A DNA stretch of 64,000 nt from Deinococcota bacterium (GCA_041695225.1 JBGFRI010000011.1:32001-96000), one strand, 5' to 3'. Positions 19,926 through 28,887 are shown, counted from the stretch's first letter. A program made the numbers and translations. Notes: generated from the letters alone by a model not told the origin.

Positions 19926-21166
19926 AAAACTGGCAGGTGACTTTACTGCTTCTCCTGGGCCTCGCCCAGTCTCCTGGACTCGCCTCAGCAGCCGCTACGT
20001 CGAGTGGAAGCCTGAATGACCTGTCGGGGCTGAAGAGCGTCTTACAGCTGCCGGGGGAGCTGCACCTGGTGGTGCCGCACATTACCCCCTGGTCGCTGCG
20101 TCTGGCTGAGTGGCGGGGAGGCCAGAGGACTATCTACTACATTCCCCAGACTGAAGCACAGCGTTACTGTGGGAGTGCAAATGTTCCGATCCGGGTGCTG
20201 CCAGGGACGGTAAGAGTACCGCTGGGCTTCCTGGTAGGTCAGGGCGGCACCCTGGACGGGGTAGTGCTACGCGGGCGCGGCCTGGTCGAAGACCCGGGCT
20301 GGGCCGAGAATGACTTGATTGCCTTGTGGATGGGACTCTCGGGAGCCCCCCTGCCAGGACGTAGCTGGGTGGAGGGTAGCTGGACAGGAGTCCTGACCGC
20401 CCGGATTGAACTCCAGGTAACAGAGCGCTACCTGGGAAGCCCTGAAACCAGGAGCTTCCTGTTCAACCACGTCTGGAACGGGCAGGTGCTGGATGTGCGG
20501 GTGCAGGGATATGATGCTCACCGTATTTACAATGGCGAGACCCTGCCTTTAGTACAGGCGGATGGCACAGTGCGGGGAGACTGTACTCTGCGTTCTATCA
20601 CTACCAGAGTAGAGCTGGGGGTAGATACCAGCCGGACGACATGGCGCGGCGGGCCCCTGCACCATAATCTGACCTTTGCGTTTGATCCAACCTCTGGTCT
20701 GGAGACTTTCCGGGCGCTAGAGCACAGCGCACACTGCGGCTGGTTTGGCTGCACCTGGCGAGGGTTTAACATCTACGACCTGCAAGGACGCCGCCGGGGA
20801 TGGGGGGAAGGGTGGCAGTGCGGCGGGAACTGGTGTACCACAACCTATATTCACCCGTTGATGTTTGATGTTCGCAAGACCCACGAGGAAGTGACAACCC
20901 GGATCAGGCCCTGGCATGAGCGGACGGTCTGGCAGCCCCAGGGTACGTTCAGTGTGGAGCCAGGTGGTATTGTGCGGGTTGGCGGCCAGGTCTGGCAGAT
21001 TCCAGGGCTGGAGATGTATGGTCATAGACCCGAGGGCGTAGGTATCGAGTGGGTGCGGGGCGAGCCTCTGGTGAGCTACCTGGCCCAGGCCAGCGGCATT
21101 ATGGGAGGCGCTATGTTCCGGGGTCAGGTTATGGACCTGGCAGACTTTTGCGCAAATATACGGTAA
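19922..21166 (+). CDS. Secreted hypothetical protein
   Basis: Signal peptide, 414 aa, Cys pairs, ATGA coupling with GGAGG RBS. Confidence 0.55.
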   Translation: MKNWQVTLLLLLGLAQSPGLASAAATSSGSLNDLSGLKSVLQLPGELHLVVPHITPWSLRLAEWRGGQRTIYYIPQTEAQRYCGSANVPIRVLPGTVRVPLGFLVGQGGTLDGVVLRGRGLVEDPGWAENDLIALWMGLSGAPLPGRSWVEGSWTGVLTARIELQVTERYLGSPETRSFLFNHVWNGQVLDVRVQGYDAHRIYNGETLPLVQADGTVRGDCTLRSITTRVELGVDTSRTTWRGGPLHHNLTFAFDPTSGLETFRALEHSAHCGWFGCTWRGFNIYDLQGRRRGWGEGWQCGGNWCTTTYIHPLMFDVRKTHEEVTTRIRPWHERTVWQPQGTFSVEPGGIVRVGGQVWQIPGLEMYGHRPEGVGIEWVRGEPLVSYLAQASGIMGGAMFRGQVMDLADFCANIR

Positions 21167-21189
21167 TATAGTGTGGTATGATTATCTCC

Positions 21190-22590
21190 ATGAAACACAC
21201 TCGTTTACTGGGAAAAGCCGCTTTCGGATTTTGGACTGTAGGTCTAAGCATGGGAAGCGTAGGACTGGCGCAGCAGATGCCCTTCCGGGATGTACGCCCA
21301 GACCTGGAGTTCATCCGCTTTCTGTACCAGAAGGGAATCGTTCAGGGCTTCCCGGATAGCACTTTTCGGGGGCAGCAGGCCGTGACTCGCTACCAGGTAG
21401 CGGTGATGCTGTACCGGGCGTACCTGGCTTTTGCCGATGACGTAGCAAGACGGGTGCGGGACGCGCTGGCAGAGGACTCGCAGGCCCGGTTTGAAGAAGC
21501 TATGCTTGCCATCAGCGAGCTGAAAGAAGGCCTGGAGATTGTACAGGGAGCAATGGGAGAGTTCCCCGAGGTCAAAGCCAACCTGGAAGAAACCCGTAAG
21601 AACGTGGAGAGCCTGGCTGAGGATCTGGCCCAGGTTTCGACGCAGATGGTTACACGGGAAGAGATAGGCGAGCTTACCGCCTCGGTTGGCGCTCTGGAAA
21701 CCATGATCAACCGGGGTGAGGAGGGTCTGCGAGCCTTACAGGCGCGGGTGAGTGCGCTGGAAGCGGTGGTGCGCGACCTTGACCAGCGTACCCAGGCCGG
21801 ACAGGGGGAGGTGAACAGACGGGTCTTTGATCTGTCTGGCCGGGTGGACAACCTGGAAAGGCAGGTACGGGACAGGCCCAGACTTAAGGTAGGGGGCTCC
21901 GTAGGTCTTTCGGAAGGCCGACCAGGCGGACAGGTCTTCGTTCAGGCAGAAAGGCAGGGCGTCCGGCTGGACGGAGCAGTCAATCAGAACGGTGTTCAGG
22001 TGCGGGCCAACCAGGGCGGACTGACCCTCGAGCACCAGCAGCGAGACGGGGTAGCCGAGAGCAGGGCCGAGTACAGCCTGTTTCAGGGAGTCAGCCTGCG
22101 GCTCGGCCTGGGCTACGGGGACTCAGGGTTTACAACCGCCCGGATTGTCCATGAGCCGGTCGGAGGCGTCATACCCGGACTGGTCGCGGAGGCCGGACTA
22201 GGGGCCGGATTTCATCAGGGCAACCTGGACCGGAATGTCCTCAAGCTGCGCGTGGGTTATCAGTTTGGTGAGATTACGCCCAGCATTGGCCATGTGCGTT
22301 TCCAGGGAGAAGAACCTTACAGCCTGCTGGAAGCCCGGCTGGACTGGCAGGCCGGGTTTGGCGAGATCCGAGGGTTCTACCGGGTGATTGCCTTTACCGG
22401 AGCGGGGGAGCAAGGGAATGAGTATGGTTTGAGGGTTCTAACCAGGAGCAACCCCTTTGTTGAGCTCGGGGTAAAGGGATGGAGCAACACCCTGCCTGCC
22501 GAGCCGGGTAGCTTCACCTTCCGCTACCAGAGCATCGCCACCCAGGGGACATCGTTTACCGTGAAGGTAGGGTATGTCCTGGAGTTTTAG
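21190..22590 (+). CDS. SLH-domain S-layer/outer-membrane protein (SlpA-like)
   Basis: FRDVRP…GIVQGFPDSTFRGQQAVTRYQVA SLH domain, coiled coil, beta-barrel-like C-terminus ending in Phe; leaderless start after TATGAT. Confidence 0.8.
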   Translation: MKHTRLLGKAAFGFWTVGLSMGSVGLAQQMPFRDVRPDLEFIRFLYQKGIVQGFPDSTFRGQQAVTRYQVAVMLYRAYLAFADDVARRVRDALAEDSQARFEEAMLAISELKEGLEIVQGAMGEFPEVKANLEETRKNVESLAEDLAQVSTQMVTREEIGELTASVGALETMINRGEEGLRALQARVSALEAVVRDLDQRTQAGQGEVNRRVFDLSGRVDNLERQVRDRPRLKVGGSVGLSEGRPGGQVFVQAERQGVRLDGAVNQNGVQVRANQGGLTLEHQQRDGVAESRAEYSLFQGVSLRLGLGYGDSGFTTARIVHEPVGGVIPGLVAEAGLGAGFHQGNLDRNVLKLRVGYQFGEITPSIGHVRFQGEEPYSLLEARLDWQAGFGEIRGFYRVIAFTGAGEQGNEYGLRVLTRSNPFVELGVKGWSNTLPAEPGSFTFRYQSIATQGTSFTVKVGYVLEF

Positions 22591-23203
22591 GATTCTGGCA
22601 GCCTCAGCCGTAGGCCTACTGGTTACCGGGTGTGATCTCATTGCCCAGGTAGGCCAGGACTTCCAGACGCCTGCTACGGTAGAGGTAGTAGGAGCGTTCG
22701 AAGGAGCCTGTGTTCGGCTGGACGCTCTGAGGGACAGAGCAGCGGTCGGTAACTGGACGGTCTGTTCGGCCCCGTTCAGGTTCCGGCTACCCGTACCGGA
22801 CGGTCCGTACACCCTGGACGCCCAGGCCGGACAGGACGGACTGGTCTACCAGGAGGCGAACGTCCAGGTGACCCTGAGGCGGGGCCAGCAGGTTAGCCTG
22901 CCCCTCAGACGCCGGACGGTTCAGCTAGAGGTTACGGCCCCCTGGTTGGCAGCAGACCGGCCCGGACTGGCCGAGGTCTGGATGAAACCCGAAGAGGTCA
23001 GAGGGGCTGCTACTTACGCCGATACCCCGCCGTCTGGGCTGGAAGGCCGGGTACTGGTCGGACGGGAGGTTATTGCAGAGGGCCGGGCCCGGCTGAGAAG
23101 CCCCACCGGACGGGATGTCGCCGTCCGGGTGGTTCAGGGCGAACAGAGTGGGATGGTACGGGTCAGTCGGATAGAGGCGGATGGCCGGGTAGTGGTGCCG
23201 TAG
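22574..23203 (+). CDS. Lipoprotein
   Basis: Lipobox LLVTG-C; beta-rich mature part. Confidence 0.6.
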   Translation: MSWSFRILAASAVGLLVTGCDLIAQVGQDFQTPATVEVVGAFEGACVRLDALRDRAAVGNWTVCSAPFRFRLPVPDGPYTLDAQAGQDGLVYQEANVQVTLRRGQQVSLPLRRRTVQLEVTAPWLAADRPGLAEVWMKPEEVRGAATYADTPPSGLEGRVLVGREVIAEGRARLRSPTGRDVAVRVVQGEQSGMVRVSRIEADGRVVVP

Positions 23204-23213
23204 GGAGGGGCGG

Positions 23214-24047
23214 ATGTTAGCACCTTCTCGCCCACCACTTCGTTATCACGGCGGTAAATGGAAGCTGGCTAGGTGGATAGTACGCCATTTCCCTCCCCAC
23301 CGGGTCTACCTGGAACCTTTTGGTGGCGGTGCCTCGGTGCTGCTCAACAAACCGCGCAGCGAGCTGGAGACCTACAACGACCTGGACGGTCAGGTGGTCA
23401 ACTTTTTCAAAGTCCTGCGCAAGCGTCCTGCCGAACTAGTCAGGGCACTCGAGCTGACCCCCTGGTCCCGCGCCGAGTACGAGTTATCACACGAACCAAG
23501 CGAGGATGCCCTCGAAGCAGCGCGGCGATTCTTTGTACGGTCATGGCAGTCCATCGGTGGCCCAACCGCCCAGTGGCGTAACGGCTGGCGCTACCAGGTC
23601 AAACGAGGCACCTGGCACAACGCCGCCAGCCTGTGGTGTGAGCTTGACCACCTGTACCAGGTGGCCGAACGGCTGCGGGGTGTCCAGATTGAGCAGCGTG
23701 ATGCTTTTGACCTGATTCCACGCTACGACTCCCCGGATGTGCTCATTTATCTGGACCCGCCCTACCCGCACGATACGCGATCAAAGTGGAAAGGCCCAGC
23801 ATACAACCACGAATTTTCTGATGATGAACACGCAAGACTGGCCGAGCTGGCCCGGGCCTCTCAGGCATACGTCATCATCAGCAGCTATCTCTCGGAGCTC
23901 TACCACGAGCTGTACGCTGCTCACGGCTGGGCACAGGTCGAGACAACCACCAGAACCAACAGCCGTCAGATGATTCGCACCGAATGCCTCTGGCTCTCCC
24001 CACGCGCCCAGACTGCACTGGATGGGGGCCTTTTCAGGCTGGCTTGA
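23214..24047 (+). CDS. DNA adenine methyltransferase (Dam/D12 class), orphan
   Basis: YHGGK, EPFGGGASV, YNDLD, DPPY motifs; no adjacent endonuclease. Confidence 0.9.
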   Translation: MLAPSRPPLRYHGGKWKLARWIVRHFPPHRVYLEPFGGGASVLLNKPRSELETYNDLDGQVVNFFKVLRKRPAELVRALELTPWSRAEYELSHEPSEDALEAARRFFVRSWQSIGGPTAQWRNGWRYQVKRGTWHNAASLWCELDHLYQVAERLRGVQIEQRDAFDLIPRYDSPDVLIYLDPPYPHDTRSKWKGPAYNHEFSDDEHARLAELARASQAYVIISSYLSELYHELYAAHGWAQVETTTRTNSRQMIRTECLWLSPRAQTALDGGLFRLA

Positions 24048-24060
24048 GATGAAGCAGACC

Positions 24061-25099
24061 GGACAACCCCCGGACACCCTCTGGCGGACAACCCCCCCTG
24101 TCCAAAGACAGGACACCCCCGACTACAGGATTTGTTGCTTGTTACCCCCCCTATCCCCCCCGTATGTCCATGCTAAGAGAATAACGTGCCGGTCAGCGTA
24201 TCGGTGGTGTGCGAACGGGGGGGAAAAGTCTAATGCAGTTGGTAAAAATAGCGTGGGGGAGAGAGAAAAGACCAGCGTAGTGGGTAACTGGACACCCCCT
24301 GTCCGGGTGGACAACCCCCTGTCCACCTCCCTTGACCCCTGTCTGTCTGTTGCCTTTGTTAGCCATATTTTGCCGTTCCTGTCGCTCTTATTGTCCCATC
24401 TCTACCCCCGGACACCCCCTTGTCCAGGTGGACACCCCCACTTGTCCAGGTGGACAGGGTACGGACACCCTCGAGTCCAGAACCGCCGGTAAAGTCAGCC
24501 TGGCCGGCGGGGAGTGATAGGCATGAACAAGCGTTCCAGACGGATTAGCAGCATGAAGGACAACCCCCGGCCACCCCACCTGTCCTTGTGGACAACCCCC
24601 TGTCCTGGTATTGGACAACCCCCCTGTCCTGGTAGACAGGGAAAGGGCACCCTCGAGACCAAATCGACCGCCAAAATGACTCACGGTGATAGGGAGGCAT
24701 GGGCATGAAGAAGTGTACCAGACGGGTTAGCAGCGTGGCGGACAACCCCTGGACACCCCCCTGTCCCGGTGGACACCCTGGACAGACACCCCCGGACAAC
24801 CCCTCCCTGTCCGGGTGGACCACCCCCCCTGACCAGAGACCGGACACCCCTGTCCAGATGGGCAGGGTATGGACAGGTTCGGACAACTGCGGACACCCCT
24901 GGACAGGTCAGGAGGAAAGATGGGTATGAAAAAGCGGGGTAATCGGCAGGTCAGAGACCGGCGTACTACTCTTGAGACAGGTCTGGACAGCCCGGACAGG
25001 CAGGGTGTGAACAGTCGCGGGACACCCCCGGACACCCCCCCTGTCCAGGTGGACAACCCCCCTTCTCTGCCTGGACAGGGTATGGACGCCGCCCTCGAG
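24061..25099. repeat. Dense degenerate GGACA-(C)n-TGTCC-N4-GGACA repeat array
   Basis: About 29 GGACA pentamers on + strand counted by eye, many paired with TGTCC across poly-C tracts; blocks end in …CCCTCGAG. Confidence 0.85.
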
Positions 25100-26194
25100 G
25101 CCAGACTGACCGGGAAGACCCGTCAACGCTGGCGGGAGTCATACCTGCGGGTGTTCGGCGCTACGCATGAGGGGTGGGAGAAGGTAGCAGAGGAAGCCAA
25201 CCGGCTGCTAAGCAAGGGCGCAGTACGCAGCCGGACAGAAGCGTTGAAGGCCGTACAGAATAAGGCACCAGAGGACGTTATAACGGCAGCTTTGCCGCTT
25301 GGTATTTGCCAGGACGTGCCCTCAACGGCAGCAGACGCTGAGTCCGAAGGGAGCAACACGGCAGAGCCTGAGTCAGTCGCTGAAGCGGGCCCGGTTCAGG
25401 CCGATGATCCCATTCCTTCATCCGAGGGTATTTCTGAGTCCGAACAGACCGGACAGGGGGTTGAACGGCAGCGGGTGAAGTGGATAGCAGCCTATCGTAC
25501 AGTGTTCGGTGAGGAGCCGGACGGACAGCTGGCCGAGGCCAGGATTCGGGCGGCTGTCCGGCTGTACGACCCCGAACGTTCGGTCGGACGGAAGCGGACG
25601 CTGGAGATGGTGCGGGAAAGCGAACGGCTGGTAACGATCCGTACAGAGATGAACGAACAGATCCTGAACGGGCTGAATGTAGCTAAAGCGGGGCTTGAGG
25701 AAGATGGAGAACCAGAGGGGGAGTGGCTCCCCCTACCTGATGAAAGTGCGCTGACTTTGGGAGCGGCCCTGGTCAAGATCGGCAGGCTCGAGGCCGAGGT
25801 CGAGCATCTTCGCAGGGTAGTAGACCGCCTGGAGCATCAGCTTCACCGGACGGAGACCCGGCTGGGCGGGCTCAGCCCCGGACTCAAGGCGCTCAGAGAT
25901 TCAACCCGGGAGGCTCGTGAGCTCTCCTTGAAGGTGAGCGCTCGGGTTGACACCCTCGCGCCAGTTCCTTCTTCCGGGGACACATCTACACCGCCTGGAA
26001 AGAAGGAACTCAGGGAACTCAGAGCCCGGATTGACGAAGAACGAGGAAGGATACTGCTGGAGGTAGAGAACCGATTGGACGAGACAGAGGCACTAATCAA
26101 GCGCGGTATGGAGGGCAGGATAGCAGCTTTAGAGTCCTGGGTACGGCGAATCAGCCGGTATCTGGGAGGAGGCAAGGGAAAGGGGTTCCGATGA
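24920..26194 (+). CDS. Coiled-coil protein with repeat-encoded N-terminus
   Basis: AGGAGG RBS; 424 aa; heptad-rich C-terminal half; internal similarity RQRWRESYLRVFG / RVKWIAAYRTVFG. Confidence 0.6.
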   Translation: MGMKKRGNRQVRDRRTTLETGLDSPDRQGVNSRGTPPDTPPVQVDNPPSLPGQGMDAALEARLTGKTRQRWRESYLRVFGATHEGWEKVAEEANRLLSKGAVRSRTEALKAVQNKAPEDVITAALPLGICQDVPSTAADAESEGSNTAEPESVAEAGPVQADDPIPSSEGISESEQTGQGVERQRVKWIAAYRTVFGEEPDGQLAEARIRAAVRLYDPERSVGRKRTLEMVRESERLVTIRTEMNEQILNGLNVAKAGLEEDGEPEGEWLPLPDESALTLGAALVKIGRLEAEVEHLRRVVDRLEHQLHRTETRLGGLSPGLKALRDSTREARELSLKVSARVDTLAPVPSSGDTSTPPGKKELRELRARIDEERGRILLEVENRLDETEALIKRGMEGRIAALESWVRRISRYLGGGKGKGFR

Positions 26195-26661
26195 AAATGC
26201 TTTTGTTTGTGATGGTTTTGGTAATGGGAGCTGGGCTGGCGCAGGGCGGGCGCGGGGAAGCTATGACTCCTGGTGGGCTGCCCGTCCCTATCTTTGGGGG
26301 CGCTCCGTGGCAGATGATGCCGGATGCGGAGTGCCGCCCGGTTTGGGAAGCTACCAGGGAGAGATTCCGTCTGGTAGGTTTTGCTGACAGACGTGCGGTA
26401 GCCTGTCTGGTGGTCTCCAAAGACCGACTGCGGGGCCGGACAATGGCAGAGTTTCTTGAAGAAGGATGGCGAAACGCGCAGCCCCTCTTTCAGACTGCAC
26501 ACAGCTTGCGACGAGCTTTGATTAACGTGGGGATGCAGTTTGAAAATGTACGGATATACGTCTTTGGGGGGGTACACGAGCTTGGTGGACTCAGGCCACG
26601 GATCGAACATCTGATCTTCGTCGAACGCGAGGCCGACATTGTGCTGATTGAACCGCGATGA
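26191..26661 (+). CDS. Secreted hypothetical protein
   Basis: Signal peptide; ATGA coupling. Confidence 0.55.
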   Translation: MKMLLFVMVLVMGAGLAQGGRGEAMTPGGLPVPIFGGAPWQMMPDAECRPVWEATRERFRLVGFADRRAVACLVVSKDRLRGRTMAEFLEEGWRNAQPLFQTAHSLRRALINVGMQFENVRIYVFGGVHELGGLRPRIEHLIFVEREADIVLIEPR

Positions 26662-26789
26662 GCCTTGAACATGCAACCTGGATCTGGGAACAAGGGGTAC
26701 AGTTCGGCTTCTGGGCCGGGCTGTTAGCAGGAGTGGTGATCGGACTGATCCTGGCCTGGGTCATCCGATGGGCGTTTTCCAGGCAGTAG
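26658..26789 (+). CDS. 43-aa membrane peptide
   Basis: ATGA coupling; single TM helix (FWAGLLAGVVIGLILAWVI); below the ORF-track cutoff. Confidence 0.45.
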   Translation: MSLEHATWIWEQGVQFGFWAGLLAGVVIGLILAWVIRWAFSRQ

Positions 26790-26851
26790 GGTAGCTGGTA
26801 GAAGTGTTAGGGGCTGAGAAGGCCGCTCTTCTTTTTGGTTACCTCGAGGCT

Positions 26852-26933
26852 CCTCGAGGCCAGCGTGAGCCTATTTTGGTGTGTGTGCAAGAAGGCAAAG
26901 GTAAGAACCTGGGGCGGCGTTAGCCGCCCCAGG
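26852..26933 (+). repeat. Long upstream repeat copy A (58-bp conserved segment plus GC hairpin)
   Basis: 52/58 identical to 28805..28862, followed by hairpin CCTGGGGCGGC-GTTA-GCCGCCCCAGG. Confidence 0.85.
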
Positions 26934-27035
26934 TGGGAAGGTGTACAAGGTGGGCAGGATAGGGGGTAGCCCCCACCGATGCCCATCAGTACAAATGTAA
27001 CCCACGGGGAGAGGTTCGATCCCTCTGCTTCCCGA
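26934..27035 (+). ncRNA. Candidate tRNA-like structured RNA
   Basis: 5' TGGGAAG pairs with 3' CTTCCCG; T-arm AGAGG-TTCGATC-CCTCT; internal long hairpin; no canonical D or anticodon arm. Confidence 0.4.
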
Positions 27036-27178
27036 GCGGGACACCGCCGGACTGCACATTATGCGCTCTGTGCAGAACCCGGTCGTCATGAGTGTCCCCC
27101 CCTAACTCAGCAGGCGCATAACTGTCTGGATTAGCCGAGTGGTCTTGGTGTGGGCTTGTCTTTGTTAAGGAGTGTTTT

Positions 27179-27373
27179 ATGGGACCCACTGTAGAAGCGA
27201 CAGTTAGCGCAATTCTGGCCAAGCCAGTTGATGCTCAAGTCCACTGGCTACTAGTTCTGTTAGAAGAAATAGACGCTGGGATTACTCACCAACATAACAA
27301 GGCAATGGCTGACGAAGTGCTGGATACTCTCTGCAAGGCTATCCGGGTACGCTTGGAGGAGGATATGTGGTGA
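27179..27373 (+). CDS. Small hypothetical protein
   Basis: AAGGAG RBS; 64 aa. Confidence 0.5.
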   Translation: MGPTVEATVSAILAKPVDAQVHWLLVLLEEIDAGITHQHNKAMADEVLDTLCKAIRVRLEEDMW

Positions 27374-27510
27374 AGACCAAAAAGGTAGTCACAATAGCCC
27401 GGGGCCACGAATGGGGCCTGGGCCGGTCTACCCAGACCCACGGGGACAAGCGCAAGAAGCGCTTGGGCACCCGAAGGGCGCGGGTACGGGCGGCGCTGGC
27501 AGAGTTGTAG
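27370..27510 (+). CDS. 46-aa basic peptide
   Basis: GTGA coupling with GGAGG RBS; MKTKKVVTIARGHEWGLGRSTQTHGDKRKKRLGTRRARVRAALAEL. Confidence 0.45.
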   Translation: MKTKKVVTIARGHEWGLGRSTQTHGDKRKKRLGTRRARVRAALAEL

Positions 27511-27519
27511 GAGCACCTT

Positions 27520-28104
27520 ATGAAATACTACGTTGTCTGGGCCGGGCGGAAGCCCGGCATTTTTACTACCTGGGCGGAGGCGGAAGCCCAGGTAAAAGGC
27601 TTTAGCAAGGCCCGGTTCCAGGCCTTCGGGACTCTAGCCGAGGCGGAGCGGGCTTTTGGGAATGGGGGAGGAGTCCAGGTGCTTGAGCGCCCCCGGTCTC
27701 TACCGGGCAGCATCATCATGCCCAGCATCTGTGTGGATGCTGCTTGCAGCGGCAACCCGGGCCGGCTGGAGTATCGCGGAGTCTTTACCGAGACCCGCGA
27801 GCAGGTTTTCCATCGGGGCCCCTACCCTCATGGAACGAACAATCTTGGAGAATTCCTGGCTATAGTCGAGGCGTTGATTGTTTGCCAGGAGCAGGGCATC
27901 GACTGGCCGATCTACTCCGACTCCCAGGTCGCCCTTTTCTGGGTCAAATCCAGGATGGTACGGACCGGGGTAGCTGATCCGTCACTTCACAACCAGGTCA
28001 GACTAGCAATGGAGTGGCTGGAAGCCAATCAGTTTTCCAATCGGCTTCTCAAGTGGGAGACTGCGAGCTGGGGAGAAAACCCGGCTGATTTTGGGAGAAA
28101 GTAA
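27520..28104 (+). CDS. rnhA: Ribonuclease HI with N-terminal hybrid-binding (viroplasmin-like) domain
   Basis: YYVVWAGRKPGIFTTW domain; VDAACSGNPG, TNNLGEFLA, IYSDS, WGENPADFGRK. Confidence 0.9.
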   Translation: MKYYVVWAGRKPGIFTTWAEAEAQVKGFSKARFQAFGTLAEAERAFGNGGGVQVLERPRSLPGSIIMPSICVDAACSGNPGRLEYRGVFTETREQVFHRGPYPHGTNNLGEFLAIVEALIVCQEQGIDWPIYSDSQVALFWVKSRMVRTGVADPSLHNQVRLAMEWLEANQFSNRLLKWETASWGENPADFGRK

Positions 28105-28280
28105 TGGCACACAAGGACAATACAGCTTCTGCTCTTGTAAAACAGCTACGCCTGGAGCAGAAGAAAGAGTTGGCGACTGATCTGGTCAATGCCCTGGAGC
28201 AGGGACACCTATTCCCCGACGACCTTGATCCTGACATCAGGGAAAGGCTGGTTTCCTTGCTTGAAGGCAAGTGGCTCTGA
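28104..28280 (+). CDS. 58-aa hypothetical protein
   Basis: TAATG coupling to rnhA; ends just before a repeat hairpin. Confidence 0.45.
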   Translation: MAHKDNTASALVKQLRLEQKKELATDLVNALEQGHLFPDDLDPDIRERLVSLLEGKWL

Positions 28281-28344
28281 CAGAGTAAACAAGGGGGGCA
28301 GCAAAAAGCGCTGCCCCCCTACTTTGGATGTAAAGGAGGACATA

Positions 28345-28656
28345 ATGGAGAAGATCGAGTGGTTCACAAACATCGTGACTACTCTCAGGAAAGCGGGGCT
28401 TGATGCACGTATTCGTGTCAGCTTCGCGTGGTTTGCTGGCGAAGCTGGGGAGGCGCTCTATACATTTCAAGTAGAAGGTGACCCCTCGGCACCACAAGAG
28501 GTGGACGTTATATATACTGCTGACACGGCACGAGTTCCTTTTCCTCTTTCATTTGAATTTTTGGGAAGTACCAGAGACGCTGAGCGGCTCTGGAAGGTAA
28601 TTACGGAGTTTGAGGAGATTCCGTTACATCGGTCTCACTGGGAGTACGTCCTTTAA
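28345..28656 (+). CDS. Hypothetical protein
   Basis: AAGGAGG RBS directly after a repeat hairpin; 103 aa. Confidence 0.6.
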   Translation: MEKIEWFTNIVTTLRKAGLDARIRVSFAWFAGEAGEALYTFQVEGDPSAPQEVDVIYTADTARVPFPLSFEFLGSTRDAERLWKVITEFEEIPLHRSHWEYVL

Positions 28657-28687
28657 CCACCACACCCCCCTTGCGGGGAGTGGGCGG

Positions 28688-28807
28688 GGAAGTACACCAT
28701 CAGCAGTGCAGCTGAGGCTGCCTTCAACAGGCCAGGTTATTGTAGCACCCTGGTGGCTGTCGTGGCAAGTCTCCGAATCGCAAATCGCACTGTAAATGTA
28801 GTTCCCT
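28688..28807 (+). ncRNA. Candidate rod-shaped structured RNA
   Basis: Nested pairings GGGAA/TTCCC, TACA/TGTA, CAGTGC/GCACTG, GAGGCTGCC/GGCAAGTCTC, CCAGG/CCTGG with a central bubble. Confidence 0.35.
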
Positions 28808-28887
28808 CGAGGTCAGGGTGAGCGTATTTTGGTGTGTGTGCCGGAAGGCAAAGGTAGGAACCAGGGGGCAGAAAGACGCTGCCCCCT
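28805..28887 (+). repeat. Long upstream repeat copy B
   Basis: Direct repeat of 26852..26909 plus hairpin AGGGGGCAG-AAAGACG-CTGCCCCCT. Confidence 0.85.

Larger units (their letters stand above)
940..23203. mobile_element. Conjugative transfer (T4SS) region of a plasmid or ICE
   Basis: VirB4, VirD4, pilin, VirB3/6/9/10-like genes and SLT clustered; no integrase seen in the window. Confidence 0.85.

Noticed and set aside
24154..24225. oriT from the inverted repeat TCCCCCCCGT…ACGGGGGGGA
   Set aside because: The position is plausible, but the repeat is mostly homopolymer and no known nic motif is recognisable.
24061..25099. CRISPR array
   Set aside because: Repeats are short, degenerate and irregularly spaced, with no unique constant-length spacers and no cas genes in the window.
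24022..25126. Overlapping Pro/Gly-rich ORFs on both strands in the array
   Set aside because: They are by-products of the low-complexity repeat; only the RBS-backed ORF from 24920 is credible.
26934..27035. Canonical tRNA gene or att site
   Set aside because: No D-arm, anticodon arm or CCA, and no integrase or second copy in the window; retained only as a tRNA-like candidate.
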